The notes beneath the pieces were generated by a model, which ran no database searches, was not told where the DNA came from, and saw only the letters and a program-made list of their open reading frames with translations. From positions 38,562-102,561 of the forward strand of contig SVOW01000013.1 of NCBI GenBank assembly GCA_015066175.1: a stretch of DNA of 64,000 nt, read 5' to 3'. A program made the position numbers and the translations under genes. The stretch comes from Oscillospiraceae bacterium. GTDB lineage: Bacteria; Bacillota; Clostridia; Oscillospirales; Acutalibacteraceae. Below are positions 44,326 through 54,057 of this stretch, piece by piece (the first letter of the stretch is position 1; each line of letters begins with the position of its first letter).

Positions 44326-44748
44326 TTATTTCACAAGGAATTTAAGTGTGATTTTTGTGCCTACACCAACCTGGGTTTCAATAATCATATCGTCGGTGTA
44401 TTTTTTGATATTCGGAAGGCCCATACCTGCACCGAAGCCCAGCTGTCTTACATTTTCGGGTGCAGTTGAGAAACCTTCCTGCATTGCAAGGTCAACATCG
44501 GGGATACCGGGACCTTTATCATCAAGGATAACTGTGATACTTTCAGGTGAAATATCGCATGTAATCACGCCGCCTTCTGCGTGGATTACCATATTTATTT
44601 CGCCCTCATATACTGCGATTGCAACATTTCTTATTAAGTTTGAATCGAAGCCTAAATCTTTGAGTGTACGTTTGATTTTGCCTGAAGCTTCGCCTGCACA
44701 GGTGAAATCATTTTTGAGAACATCGTACTTAAATTTCAATTCTCCCAT
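44326..44748 (-). CDS. RsbW/SpoIIAB-like anti-sigma-type serine kinase (HATPase_c)
   Basis: AIAVYEGEINMVIH, DKGPGIPD and GFGAGMGLPN. Confidence 0.7.
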   Translation of the reverse strand: MGELKFKYDVLKNDFTCAGEASGKIKRTLKDLGFDSNLIRNVAIAVYEGEINMVIHAEGGVITCDISPESITVILDDKGPGIPDVDLAMQEGFSTAPENVRQLGFGAGMGLPNIKKYTDDMIIETQVGVGTKITLKFLVK

Positions 44749-45098
44749 TATCTTCCGCTGCCTCCGCGTAAACCTGCTTCATAAAGTTTTCCGCAGGCTG
44801 TGAACATTTCAAGGTCTGTTGCAATAAGGGGAATTTCGCGTTCTTCAGCCAGGTCAATCATTGCAATATCAGGTTTTTTGCCTCTTACAAAAACGATGCA
44901 TTTCATATCCATCATTTCTGCTGTTCTTACAACCTGAGGGTTAACAAGGCCTGTGAGCATAACAGCCTGCTCTTTTACAAATGCAAGCACATCGCTCATC
45001 ATATCACTTCCGCAGGCAGTATAAACATCTCTTTCAAGATAATCTTCTCCGTAAATTACACTGCCACCGAGTATTTCCACAAGTTCTCTAACTTTCAT
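44748..45098 (-). CDS. DRTGG-domain protein
   Basis: MKVRELVEILGG...GSDMMSDVLAFV...LTGLVNPQVVRTAEMMD. ATG 45098 is used. The ORF-track extension to 45257 is rejected. Confidence 0.65.
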   Translation of the reverse strand: MKVRELVEILGGSVIYGEDYLERDVYTACGSDMMSDVLAFVKEQAVMLTGLVNPQVVRTAEMMDMKCIVFVRGKKPDIAMIDLAEEREIPLIATDLEMFTACGKLYEAGLRGGSGR

Positions 45099-45380
45099 TT
45101 TCGGGTATCCTTTCGTATACATAAAGTTTAAGGGGACTTCTAAAAACCTATTGTATAAAATACGTTTAGATATTTTTTCGTCAGATGTGCTAAAAATTTG
45201 AAGTTTATGCTGTTGCATTAACAAGAATTTTTGGTGCAGATGACGGAAAAAGAGCAAGCGTAGTTTCGTGCAAGGGGTTTTTAGAGGTCCCCAGAAGTAT
45301 ATGCTGTTTAAATTTTATCACAACCTGCATGAAAATTCAACACAAAGACGAAAATACATATAATAAATACAGGTGGTTAT

Positions 45381-46046
45381 ATGAATAAACACAAAAAATT
45401 CTTTAAAACAAAGAAGAGATGCCGTTATTTATTATTGAAATTAACGGTTTTGGTTGCGTTATGCTGTCTTGTTGCGTTTATGGCTACTGCATTTTTCATA
45501 GACAAAAACGCTTTCGGAATTCTGCAGACAATATCAACCGACAAAGCAAAAAACGTTGCAATGCAGGCAATAAACGATTCGGTAAGCACTGTGATAGATT
45601 CAGACGAAGAAAGCTACAAGGAATTTGTAGATTACAGATATGACAAAGACGGAAACATTATTTCTGTGGGCACAAACACAAACCTTACAAACGCCATTGA
45701 AGGCAACATACTCGACGGCGTTGTGAAAAGAATCGACAGCCAATCACGTTGCCCTGTGAAAATTCCGATAGGCACTCTTACAGGCAACGATTTACTTATA
45801 GGCCGCGGACCTGCAATCACATTTTATATGAGCCTTTCAGGCAATGCACGAAGTGGAATTGAAAACCTGTTTGAAAGCACAGGAATAAACCAATCACGCC
45901 ATCAGATTCAGATAAGAGTTGAAGTTGACATCAGCATAATCCTTGCAGGAAAAAGCATGACAACATCTGTTGAAAACACCATCGTTATCGGCGAAACAAT
46001 CATTGTGGGACAGATACCCGAATCGTATGTCAGACAGCCACAGTAA
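45381..46046 (+). CDS. yunB: Sporulation protein YunB
   Basis: N-terminal TM segment, then IPIGTLTGNDLLIGRGPAITFYMSLSGNA...INQSRHQIQIRVEVDISII. Confidence 0.8.
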   Translation: MNKHKKFFKTKKRCRYLLLKLTVLVALCCLVAFMATAFFIDKNAFGILQTISTDKAKNVAMQAINDSVSTVIDSDEESYKEFVDYRYDKDGNIISVGTNTNLTNAIEGNILDGVVKRIDSQSRCPVKIPIGTLTGNDLLIGRGPAITFYMSLSGNARSGIENLFESTGINQSRHQIQIRVEVDISIILAGKSMTTSVENTIVIGETIIVGQIPESYVRQPQ

Positions 46047-46200
46047 ATTATAATTTGTTGTCACAAATTATAATTAGTGATATTTTGCTACGCAAAGTGA
46101 TATTGCATTGCAGTGATATATCGCTTACGCGTTGTGATATATTTCCTGACGGAAATGTTTCGGGTCTGCGACGCAATCATATAACGATAAATTATAATTT
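46045..46200 (+). repeat. 156-bp GTGATAT-repeat element, copy A
   Basis: Bounded by AAATTATAATTT at 46045-46056 and 46189-46200. Internally GTGATAT occurs four times at about 17-22-nt spacing. Its reverse complement is near-identical to 53898-54053; I saw 2 internal differences by eye. Confidence 0.9.
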
Positions 46201-46275
46201 ATCTTGTTGATTTGACAAATCGTAAAAAATAAAATATGATATTAGTAACAGACGTACAAACTTGAGGTGTTTTTT

Positions 46276-46707
46276 GTGGATAAGAAAATCAGAATCAAAA
46301 AGAAATTTATTATCATAGCTGTTGTGTTTGTGTTGATTGCCACACTTTCAATTGTGGGCGGTATACATATTTCAAACAGGATTGAAAAAGAAGAAAGCAA
46401 TCCTTTTATAGGCACGTGGAATTCAGAAGACAAAACGATAAGCATGGATTTTTCTGACAACGGCACTGCAAAAATAACTTACAACAACGCCCTGCTGCCT
46501 GCTCTCGGCACAAAATATAACGGCACAGTAAATGCAGTTTACGCATATGACGGCGAAAAGCAGGAAATGTCGGTTACGATAACTGTTTACACAAAAGAAA
46601 TCACAAGCCATTACACATATGAAATCGAAGGCAGAGAGCTTATACTTACCGACACATCTGCAAAAAAATCCCAGACATTTATCGCAGAGCATCAGGTTGA
46701 AGATTAA
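46276..46707 (+). CDS. Small secreted or membrane-anchored protein, unknown function
   Basis: N-terminal hydrophobic anchor IIIAVVFVLIATLSIVGG. GTG 46276 lies 6 nt after GAGGTG; GTG 46267 is an alternative. Confidence 0.55.
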   Translation: MDKKIRIKKKFIIIAVVFVLIATLSIVGGIHISNRIEKEESNPFIGTWNSEDKTISMDFSDNGTAKITYNNALLPALGTKYNGTVNAVYAYDGEKQEMSVTITVYTKEITSHYTYEIEGRELILTDTSAKKSQTFIAEHQVED

Positions 46708-46754
46708 ACAAAAGCGGAGATTCGCAACATAACGAATCTCCGCTTTTTATTTTG

Positions 46755-47018
46755 TCAGAAAACCGTTTCAAGAATCAGCAGACCTATTACTGCAGGTGTG
46801 CCGCCGATTATTGAAGAAATTATTGTATAGCCGTTTAACGGCAGGCTTATATCTGTGACAAGCCCTGCTGCATTCACTGCAAAAATTGCAATAATTCCTT
46901 GCAATGCACTTAAGAATACGCAGGAAAAGAATCGCTTTGTTTTGTAAGCTGCAACAATTATAATAAGGCACGCAATTGCAAGAGATGCAATCACACAGAA
47001 TTTAAACAATGAAGACAT
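46755..47018 (-). CDS. bofA: BofA-family inhibitor of pro-sigma-K processing
   Basis: 87 aa. The pattern FAVNAAGLVTDISLPLNGYTIISSIIGGTPAVIGLLILE aligns with B. subtilis BofA VNMFGGSLGIHVPINLVTTAISGILGIPGIAAL. Confidence 0.7.
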   Translation of the reverse strand: MSSLFKFCVIASLAIACLIIIVAAYKTKRFFSCVFLSALQGIIAIFAVNAAGLVTDISLPLNGYTIISSIIGGTPAVIGLLILETVF

Positions 47019-47100
47019 TTTATCACCTCATCAATATATATGAATAACGGCAATAAAAAATGCAGACAAACTGTTTCTAAGTTTGTCTGCTGTTTCTGTT

Positions 47101-48573
47101 TTATGACGTTTTATTGCTGTCTGTTTGCCACATAAGGTAAACATCGTTGCCGTCAACTCTGTACGCATCTGCGTCGGTTGTATTTCCTTCACAGAAACCT
47201 ACACCCGATTCCTGAAGTGCCTCAACGAAAGCATTTTTCATTTCCACATCTTCAAAGGTGATACAGGTTTCCATTGTAAGTTGACTCCTGTCTGTATATT
47301 TGTAAAGCCTTCCAGGAACAAATCCTGTCAGCCATGATGTTTTCTCATAACTTCTTTTCAGAAGTTTTTCGCCATTATTGTAACACGTAAATCCGAGATT
47401 TAAACTATCATCATAGTCCCACTTTGCTTCACTGTCATTTTCAGGTTTTGAATAGACACCTACCTCTGCACCAAGCAGAAAAAAGCTGTACTGACCTTTC
47501 CAAAACTGAACCATCCAATCCTTTCCGCCATAGTTGAATTCTACCCTTACGGTATCAAACCAAATTGGTATATACCCGCCTTGTGTATCATAATATTTAT
47601 TTACACTAATATGTCTTTCCCATGGGTCAGGTTCAGAATAGTAAACATTATCTTTTTCGTTCCAGAGGAAACCAAGAAGCTCTGCTTGTTGCTGCACCGT
47701 TTCATCGCCTTTGTTTGACTGTTCTAAAAATCCATTTTCCTGGTAAAACGAAAGTATTTCAGGCAAAAGAATTTCATGAGTGTAGTCAAAGCAGCTTGAA
47801 TGACCTCCGCCTTTTACCATTAATTCCTTTGCACCCGGGATTGATGCAGTAATTTTCTTCGAGTGAGAACGGTACATCATATCGCTCTGACCGTAAATAT
47901 TAAGAGTGGGTGCTGTGATTTTTTCAAGGTCTTCAAATTCAAGTGTAGGCTGGCCTACCATCATGCCCTGAATATCTCTTTTGAGTTTAACTGCAGGGTC
48001 ATTTGTGAAATATGCCTTGATGCACAAAAACCAGTATTCAAAAACTATGCCTATCTGATTTGTGAATTTTGTTCCCCTGTCGTTGATGTTTGCACCCATC
48101 GGAATGAGCGACAAAACTCTGTCTGCGTGTTTCACTGCAAAAACAAGGGCAAGGTTTCCGCCGTCGCTGAAGCCATAGAAATGTGCTTTTTCTATTTTCA
48201 GTTCATCTAAAAGGCACAGAAGGTCGTCTGCTTCCACATCAAAAGTAAGTTCACATTCCCCTCTTTCTGACTGACCTGTACCACGTGGTGAAACTGTGAT
48301 TACTTTAAAATGTTTTGAAAGTTCAGGCAGAAGTGTGCCGTCAAAATTGTGCATATCGTTGCCGTTACAAGGGAGCATTATGAGCACATCTTTACTTAAA
48401 TCGCCATAAATTCCGTATTCAATTTTTGCTCCGTCACGTGCTGTTATAAAGCCGTGTTCTTTTATTTCAGGCATCTGTGTTGCATAGCCTTCTGCTGAAG
48501 AAACAGCAGAAAAAACAGAAAATGTTGTTACCATAATTGCAGAAACGAGAAATAAGCTTATAAGTTTTTTCAT
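47101..48573 (-). CDS. Secreted alpha/beta hydrolase with a C-terminal DUF4474-like domain
   Basis: Signal peptide and nucleophile elbow GFSDGG. C-terminal WMVQFWKGQYSFFLLGAEVGVY. Confidence 0.7.
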   Translation of the reverse strand: MKKLISLFLVSAIMVTTFSVFSAVSSAEGYATQMPEIKEHGFITARDGAKIEYGIYGDLSKDVLIMLPCNGNDMHNFDGTLLPELSKHFKVITVSPRGTGQSERGECELTFDVEADDLLCLLDELKIEKAHFYGFSDGGNLALVFAVKHADRVLSLIPMGANINDRGTKFTNQIGIVFEYWFLCIKAYFTNDPAVKLKRDIQGMMVGQPTLEFEDLEKITAPTLNIYGQSDMMYRSHSKKITASIPGAKELMVKGGGHSSCFDYTHEILLPEILSFYQENGFLEQSNKGDETVQQQAELLGFLWNEKDNVYYSEPDPWERHISVNKYYDTQGGYIPIWFDTVRVEFNYGGKDWMVQFWKGQYSFFLLGAEVGVYSKPENDSEAKWDYDDSLNLGFTCYNNGEKLLKRSYEKTSWLTGFVPGRLYKYTDRSQLTMETCITFEDVEMKNAFVEALQESGVGFCEGNTTDADAYRVDGNDVYLMWQTDSNKTS

Positions 48574-48575
48574 TT

Positions 48576-49424
48576 TTACATCGCTCCGATATTTTTATAG
48601 AAATTAAACAGCCTTGTGAAAAGCTCATCCTTGAATTCAAGGATATCTGAATGGCCTGAATCAGGCACTCTTAATTCCTCTGCATTGGGAATTGACCTTG
48701 TGATTCTCTGCGAATGCCAGGGATACATCATATCATCATCTGCGTAAATATTAAGAGTGGGTGCAGTGATTTTTCCAAGGTCTTTGAATTTAAGCTTTGG
48801 CTGTGTGACCATCATTTTCTGAATATCACGTTTCAGGGCAATTTTTTCATCGCCTGTTATTTTTGCTTCAATGCAATATTTTATATATTTTGTGATAATG
48901 GGAATCTGACTGTTGATTTTTGTGCCCCAAGGGCTGATGTTAGCGCCCACAGGCACGAGAGAAAGCACTCTGTCAGGGTAATTCACAGCAAAAACTATGG
49001 CTAAATTTCCGCCGTCGCTGTAGCCGAAAAAATGTGCTTTTTCAATTTTCAGTTCATCTAAAAGGCACAGAAGGTCTTCTGCTTCAAGGTCAAAGGTAAG
49101 CTCGCCTGTACCTCTTTCCGAATTGCCTGTACCGCGCGGAGAAACTGCAATAACTTTGAAGTGCTTTGCAAATTCAGGCAGGAGATTACCGTCAAAGTTA
49201 TGCATATCCCCTCCGTTACAAGGGAGCATTATGAGCACATCTTTACTTAAATCGCCGTAAATTCCGTATTCAATTTTTACTCCGTCACGTGCTGTTATAA
49301 AGCCGTATTCTTTCATTTCAGGCATTTCGCTTGCGTATTCTTCCGCAGAAGATGTGAAAGAAAAAACAGCAAAACCTGTTACCATAATTACAAGGGCAAG
49401 AAATAAACTTAATACTTTTTTCAT
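48576..49424 (-). CDS. Secreted alpha/beta hydrolase, tandem paralog of the N-terminal part of 47101..48573
   Basis: Long shared stretches, for example GFITARDG.KIEYGIYGDLSKDVLIMLPCNG.DMHNFDG.LLPE. Nucleophile elbow GYSDGG. Confidence 0.75.
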   Translation of the reverse strand: MKKVLSLFLALVIMVTGFAVFSFTSSAEEYASEMPEMKEYGFITARDGVKIEYGIYGDLSKDVLIMLPCNGGDMHNFDGNLLPEFAKHFKVIAVSPRGTGNSERGTGELTFDLEAEDLLCLLDELKIEKAHFFGYSDGGNLAIVFAVNYPDRVLSLVPVGANISPWGTKINSQIPIITKYIKYCIEAKITGDEKIALKRDIQKMMVTQPKLKFKDLGKITAPTLNIYADDDMMYPWHSQRITRSIPNAEELRVPDSGHSDILEFKDELFTRLFNFYKNIGAM

Positions 49425-49513
49425 TGAGCAACACTCCTTTTAACACATTATAACAAATAAAAGCAAAAAAATAAAGCCTTGATTTTCAAGGCTTTATAAA
49501 TTTGTTGTTCTTA

Positions 49514-50335
49514 TTATTTGCCGATACCAAGAAGTCCGCCGATTGCATTAAGGTAGAATACCCACACATCAATAATACCTTTAAGGATTTCATAAAGGAA
49601 ATTGTAAACCTGTTCAAAAAGTGTGAGTGTTGTTTTGTCCTCTGCTTCATATTCAGGCACGTCAATTTCTGTGCCTTCATCAAGACGTACAACAACAGGA
49701 CGGCTGTATTCGTCAAGTTTGTTGATTGAAACTTCGTGTTTGCCTGCAGTGATATCATCTACACCAAGATAGATTTTACCTTCAGCATCTGTTGTGAAAG
49801 TTTTCACGCCAGATTTTGTTTCCCATGTGATTGTAGCTTTTGCAATAGGTGCTACTGTGCCGTTTTTGTCTGTGCCTGTGAAAGTGATAACACCGTCTTT
49901 TTCAACATTTTCAGCATTGATTGAAGGATAAACTGCATCAGGTGAAGCGTTGTAAAGAACGATTTCGCAATTCTTTTCAACCTTGAAAGTATCAATAGCG
50001 TCTGTTTTGATGGTGCCGTCTACTGCATACTGCCATACTGTTGATGTTACAGCCTGTTCGCCTTTAACCGATTTGATTACAAGAGAATTTTCTTCGTAAA
50101 CAACATCAATATTTGCTGCATCGATAACAGTTTTTACTGTGCTTAATTTGTCAACTGAAACTTTCTTTTCAGCAAGCTGTTTTGAAAGACCTTCAACTCT
50201 TACTGTTACTGTGATTCTTTCTACTGCGGGGGGAGTTTCTGTATTCTCGCCTTCAGCACTTACTGTGATTACACAGCCGAAAAGCATCATAACAGAAAGA
50301 ACAACGCTGATAATACGCATAAATTTCTTATTCAT
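49514..50335 (-). CDS. Secreted protein with a C-terminal membrane anchor (DUF4430-like domain)
   Basis: Signal peptide MNKKFMRIISVVLSVMMLFGCVITVSA. C-terminal hydrophobic helix. Confidence 0.5.
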   Translation of the reverse strand: MNKKFMRIISVVLSVMMLFGCVITVSAEGENTETPPAVERITVTVRVEGLSKQLAEKKVSVDKLSTVKTVIDAANIDVVYEENSLVIKSVKGEQAVTSTVWQYAVDGTIKTDAIDTFKVEKNCEIVLYNASPDAVYPSINAENVEKDGVITFTGTDKNGTVAPIAKATITWETKSGVKTFTTDAEGKIYLGVDDITAGKHEVSINKLDEYSRPVVVRLDEGTEIDVPEYEAEDKTTLTLFEQVYNFLYEILKGIIDVWVFYLNAIGGLLGIGK

Positions 50336-50409
50336 AAAAAAATCTCCTTTTCTGAATTTTTTACATAACTATTATACCTTTATTAAGAATAGATGTCAAT
50401 AAAGAATAA

Positions 50410-51144
50410 TTAAGGAATTATTAAAAGACCGTCGCTTTCAAGAATATAATCGTTTTCATGTACTGCTTTGACAACATCGTGGGAAGTGAGAATGGGAGTT
50501 TTTGTGCGTATAGCCGACAAGCCTTCGTGGCCGTATTCGTGGAAATCTGTGCCTGCAAGGAAAGGTTTGCCCACTGATTTGGCATACCTTGCTGCAAGAG
50601 CAGGGCGTTGGTTGTGGTTAGGATGAAGGTTAAGGCTTTCGTAAGCATCAACAGTTTCAGGCGGCATTATAATCTGACCGTTTCTGAAAGGATGAGCCTG
50701 CACAAGAAGCTTTGTTTCATCACAATAAGCCTTATAAAATTCTTCAAGTGTGCCCTGAAGCATAGTGAAAATATCGTAAAGATTTTCAGGCTCAATGCCG
50801 TAAAGCAAGTAATCGTTTCCGTTCTGATTGTTAAAACGCAATTCTGCCGCAAGGATAATGTTAAGCCCTTCTTTTGCACCCGCTTCACATGCACGATAAT
50901 AATCTCTGAGATAAAAATCAACAGAAGTTTTCACATCGTGGGTATTTATTCTTTTATAAAAATATTCATATGTGAAGTGATTTGCAATTGTAAGTGAATC
51001 ATATCCCAGATTTTTGTAGAGTTTCACTGCATCTTCGCTTACAACGTCGCTGCATGTGCTTGCAGGCTTTGTGTGTGCATGAAGCTCTGTTTTATAAGGA
51101 TAACTTTCTTCAAGTTTCTTTTTCAATTCGTCCTGGATTCTCAT
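50410..51144 (-). CDS. PHP-family metal-dependent phosphoesterase
   Basis: ELHAHTKPASTCSD. Confidence 0.6.
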   Translation of the reverse strand: MRIQDELKKKLEESYPYKTELHAHTKPASTCSDVVSEDAVKLYKNLGYDSLTIANHFTYEYFYKRINTHDVKTSVDFYLRDYYRACEAGAKEGLNIILAAELRFNNQNGNDYLLYGIEPENLYDIFTMLQGTLEEFYKAYCDETKLLVQAHPFRNGQIIMPPETVDAYESLNLHPNHNQRPALAARYAKSVGKPFLAGTDFHEYGHEGLSAIRTKTPILTSHDVVKAVHENDYILESDGLLIIP

Positions 51145-51159
51145 TTTTTACCTTCTTCC

Positions 51160-52950
51160 TTACTTTACCTGCATCCACACAAGCATTTCGTTTTCTCCCC
51201 TGTTTGCAAAAGCATAATAGGGAATAAGAGTTGCAGTAAACTCATCCATATCATCAGTTTTTTTGTAATAAAGCTTATTCTGTGCTTTTCTTCTGTATGC
51301 TTTCATTTTGACAACAGGTACATCTGTTAAATCTGACTGAGTTTCTTCAATTTCTGATGAAGAATCAAGAACAACATCCCTGAGCACCTTACCGTTATCT
51401 TTTTCTTCAAGACAATAAACAACAGGACCTCTCATAACAGCGTATCTGCCGCAGTTTTCATAAACAAGGGGATTTGATTCAACAAAATAAACAGGCATTG
51501 TAAGGTCAATTTCTGTTTCCATCCCGTCTTCAACGTCAAAATAAACATATCCGTCTTCTGTTTCAATGTCTTCGCAGAAATCAGGCACTCTCACTGCAAG
51601 TCTGCAGGGTTTGCCGTAATATGTGATTTTAACCTTGCCGTCTGCAGGATAGTTTGTCTGCTGAATTATTTTTCTACCATCAAAAGATGCTTCGCCTGAC
51701 ATAAACTGATGCACATAAACTGTGTTTTCATCATAAGTGTAAGCAAAATCACCTATTGCAGCCACAAAACGTATAACATTAGGCGGACAGCATGAGCAAT
51801 CAAAAACTTCAAGCCTTTCTGTTATGGGGAAACGCTCACCATTTTTGACGGACACATCTTTGTGACGCAATTCAGGAATAATTTCAAGGGGATTTTCGTA
51901 GAAAAATGCCTTTCCATCAAGGGAAATACCGCTTAAAAATCCATTATAAATTACTTTTTCGATTATATCAGCATAGATTTTTTTCTGCTCGATAAGCTGC
52001 ATTCTGTGTGCAAAATATGCAAGAGAAATTGCAGCACAAGTTTCAGTATATGCTCTCATATTCGGCAGGTCATACTTTATAGTAAATGCTTCACCATGGG
52101 GAGTAGAGCCAATTCCACCAGTGATATACATTTTGTGATTTACAATATCATCAAAAATCATTCTGCAGGCATTTTTCAATTCTTCATCGTCATAAATTCT
52201 TGCGATATCAGCCATACCGCTGTAAAGATAGCAGGCTCTTACGCAATGACCTTCGGCAGTTTCCTGCTCTCTGACAGGTTTGAAGCACTGGTCATACATA
52301 CCATCTACAAAAAATCCGTATGTATGCTCAAGTCTTTTTCCTCGCTCATCAATGAAGAATTTTGCAAGTTCAAGATATCTTTTTTCTTCTGTTGCAGAAT
52401 AAAGTTTCACAAGGGCAAGTTCAATTTCTTCATGGCCGGGAGTTGTGAAAGCAGCACTTTTTTCAATCTTGAAAACTTTCTCGATATAATCGGCATATCT
52501 GCACATAATCTTCAGAAATCTGTCGCGTCCTGTCTGCCTGAAATAAGCCACAGCAGCCTCCATCAGATGACCTGCACAGTAAAGCTCATGCTCAGTTCTG
52601 TGTGTAAACCTTTCTTCAGGCTTTACAACAGTAAAGAAAATGTTGAAATATCCGTTTTCATCCTGACCACATTCGATATCGTCAATTATTTTTTCGATTT
52701 TCTTTTCGTTTTCAGGTGTGATTTCGTGAAAAAGAGCCACGCCTTCAATCCATTTGGCAATATCTGAATCCCAGAAAATATGGGGCTGTTTATCGTCCCC
52801 TTCTTTCCATTTCATTTCAAATGCTTCAACACGGCCTGTGTCAAAGAATCTGTCATAAACACTGTCTATTGTTACGTTTCTGATAATATCCTGTCTTGTT
52901 TTCCAGAATCCGTCAGTGATGGTAATATCGCGGTAAGAAACTTCATTCAT
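51160..52950 (-). CDS. GH127 beta-L-arabinofuranosidase-like glycoside hydrolase
   Basis: ETCAAI and FDCSCCPPNVIRF, the Cys-rich GH127 signature. Confidence 0.8.
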   Translation of the reverse strand: MNEVSYRDITITDGFWKTRQDIIRNVTIDSVYDRFFDTGRVEAFEMKWKEGDDKQPHIFWDSDIAKWIEGVALFHEITPENEKKIEKIIDDIECGQDENGYFNIFFTVVKPEERFTHRTEHELYCAGHLMEAAVAYFRQTGRDRFLKIMCRYADYIEKVFKIEKSAAFTTPGHEEIELALVKLYSATEEKRYLELAKFFIDERGKRLEHTYGFFVDGMYDQCFKPVREQETAEGHCVRACYLYSGMADIARIYDDEELKNACRMIFDDIVNHKMYITGGIGSTPHGEAFTIKYDLPNMRAYTETCAAISLAYFAHRMQLIEQKKIYADIIEKVIYNGFLSGISLDGKAFFYENPLEIIPELRHKDVSVKNGERFPITERLEVFDCSCCPPNVIRFVAAIGDFAYTYDENTVYVHQFMSGEASFDGRKIIQQTNYPADGKVKITYYGKPCRLAVRVPDFCEDIETEDGYVYFDVEDGMETEIDLTMPVYFVESNPLVYENCGRYAVMRGPVVYCLEEKDNGKVLRDVVLDSSSEIEETQSDLTDVPVVKMKAYRRKAQNKLYYKKTDDMDEFTATLIPYYAFANRGENEMLVWMQVK

Positions 52951-53131
52951 AAGTGTAGCCTCCCTGCATAATTATTGTATGAGAAAATTTTATTACAAAG
53001 ACAATATTTTGTCAATAACAGTGCCTGATGAAATTAATAAAATGTTCACCGATTAGTCATTAGTTTTTACAGAATCCGTCAGAAAAAAGGTGTATTATAT
53101 AACTACAATAAAATAATAAAGGAGTGACGCC

Positions 53132-53551
53132 ATGGAAAAAAACAGATGCGTTCTGGTGTGTGTTACAGGTCAGAGCTCATGTGAAAGATTAATCCGTGCC
53201 GGTGCAAGAAGTGCAGAAAAAAATTCGTGTTCATTAGTTGTGTTAAGCGTTTTCCCCACAAACGGGTGTTTCGCCCCACAGCTTGAAGTAATAAGCGAAC
53301 TTGACAGATGCGCTAAAAGCAACAATGCTGAAATGCTCATTTTTTACAACGATATGCCTTTCCTCGTTGCAGCAAGCGTAGCAAAAAAGTATAACGCAAT
53401 CAACATAGTTACCGGTTTTTGCGAAAACGAAGTTTCAGCATTTGTTACCAGTCTTCATGCTGTTTTGCCTGAAACGCCAATCAGTATGGTAGATAAAAAC
53501 GAAAAGATTTTCAATATTCTGCCTGATTTGGTTTCTGAAAAAGTTAATTGA
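53132..53551 (+). CDS. Usp-like (KdpD N-terminal-like) small protein
   Basis: VLVCVTGQSSCERLIRAGARSA resembles the KdpD/Usp alpha-beta motif. Confidence 0.4.
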   Translation: MEKNRCVLVCVTGQSSCERLIRAGARSAEKNSCSLVVLSVFPTNGCFAPQLEVISELDRCAKSNNAEMLIFYNDMPFLVAASVAKKYNAINIVTGFCENEVSAFVTSLHAVLPETPISMVDKNEKIFNILPDLVSEKVN

Positions 53552-53618
53552 AATTTCCTAATTTTTGATATATTTTCCCCTCCGAACTCACTTTTTTTCA
53601 TTTTTTTGTGAGTTCAGG

Positions 53619-53661
53619 AAGACGGATATCCGTTTTTTACTGACTTGCGGATATCCGTCTT
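53619..53661 (+). terminator. Intrinsic terminator
   Basis: AAGACGGATATCCG/CGGATATCCGTCTT stem followed by TTCTTTG. It is preceded by a second hairpin, GAACTCAC/GTGAGTTC, at 53584-53615. Confidence 0.65.
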
Positions 53662-53732
53662 TTCTTTGTGCAAATGCAAAAAATTAAATGCATCAGGAAA
53701 GCTCCTGATGCATTTTTGCGTTTTGTCTTTAC

Positions 53733-54053
53733 AAATTATAATTTATCAGTATGTTTATGTATATCAGGCGTAGGGGCGCCCATTGGGCGTCAGTCTGAAA
53801 AACACGAAAAAAACGACGGCAACACCGTAGAATTTTCATTATAGTTCATGGCGGGACGGGAGACCCGTCCCCTACGATACAGCCACAAATGTACGGTAAA
53901 TTATAATTTATCGTTATATGATTGCGTCGCAGACCCGAAACATTTCCGTCAGGAAATATATCACATCGCGTAAGCGATATATCACTGCAATGCAATATCA
54001 CTTTGCGCAGCAAAATATCACTAATTATAATTTGTGACAACAAATTATAATTC
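53733..54053. repeat. Composite repeat: a REP module (53733-53909) plus 156-bp GTGATAT element copy B, inverted (53898-54053)
   Basis: Perfect AAATTATAATTT at 53733-53744 and 53898-53909. Near-copies (11 of 12) at 54021-54032 and 54042-54053. Hairpins GTAGGGGCGCCCATTGGGCGTC (53770-53791) and an inverted GTAGGGGACGGGTCTCCCGTCCC (53850-53876). Confidence 0.9.
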
Positions 54054-54057
54054 TCGC

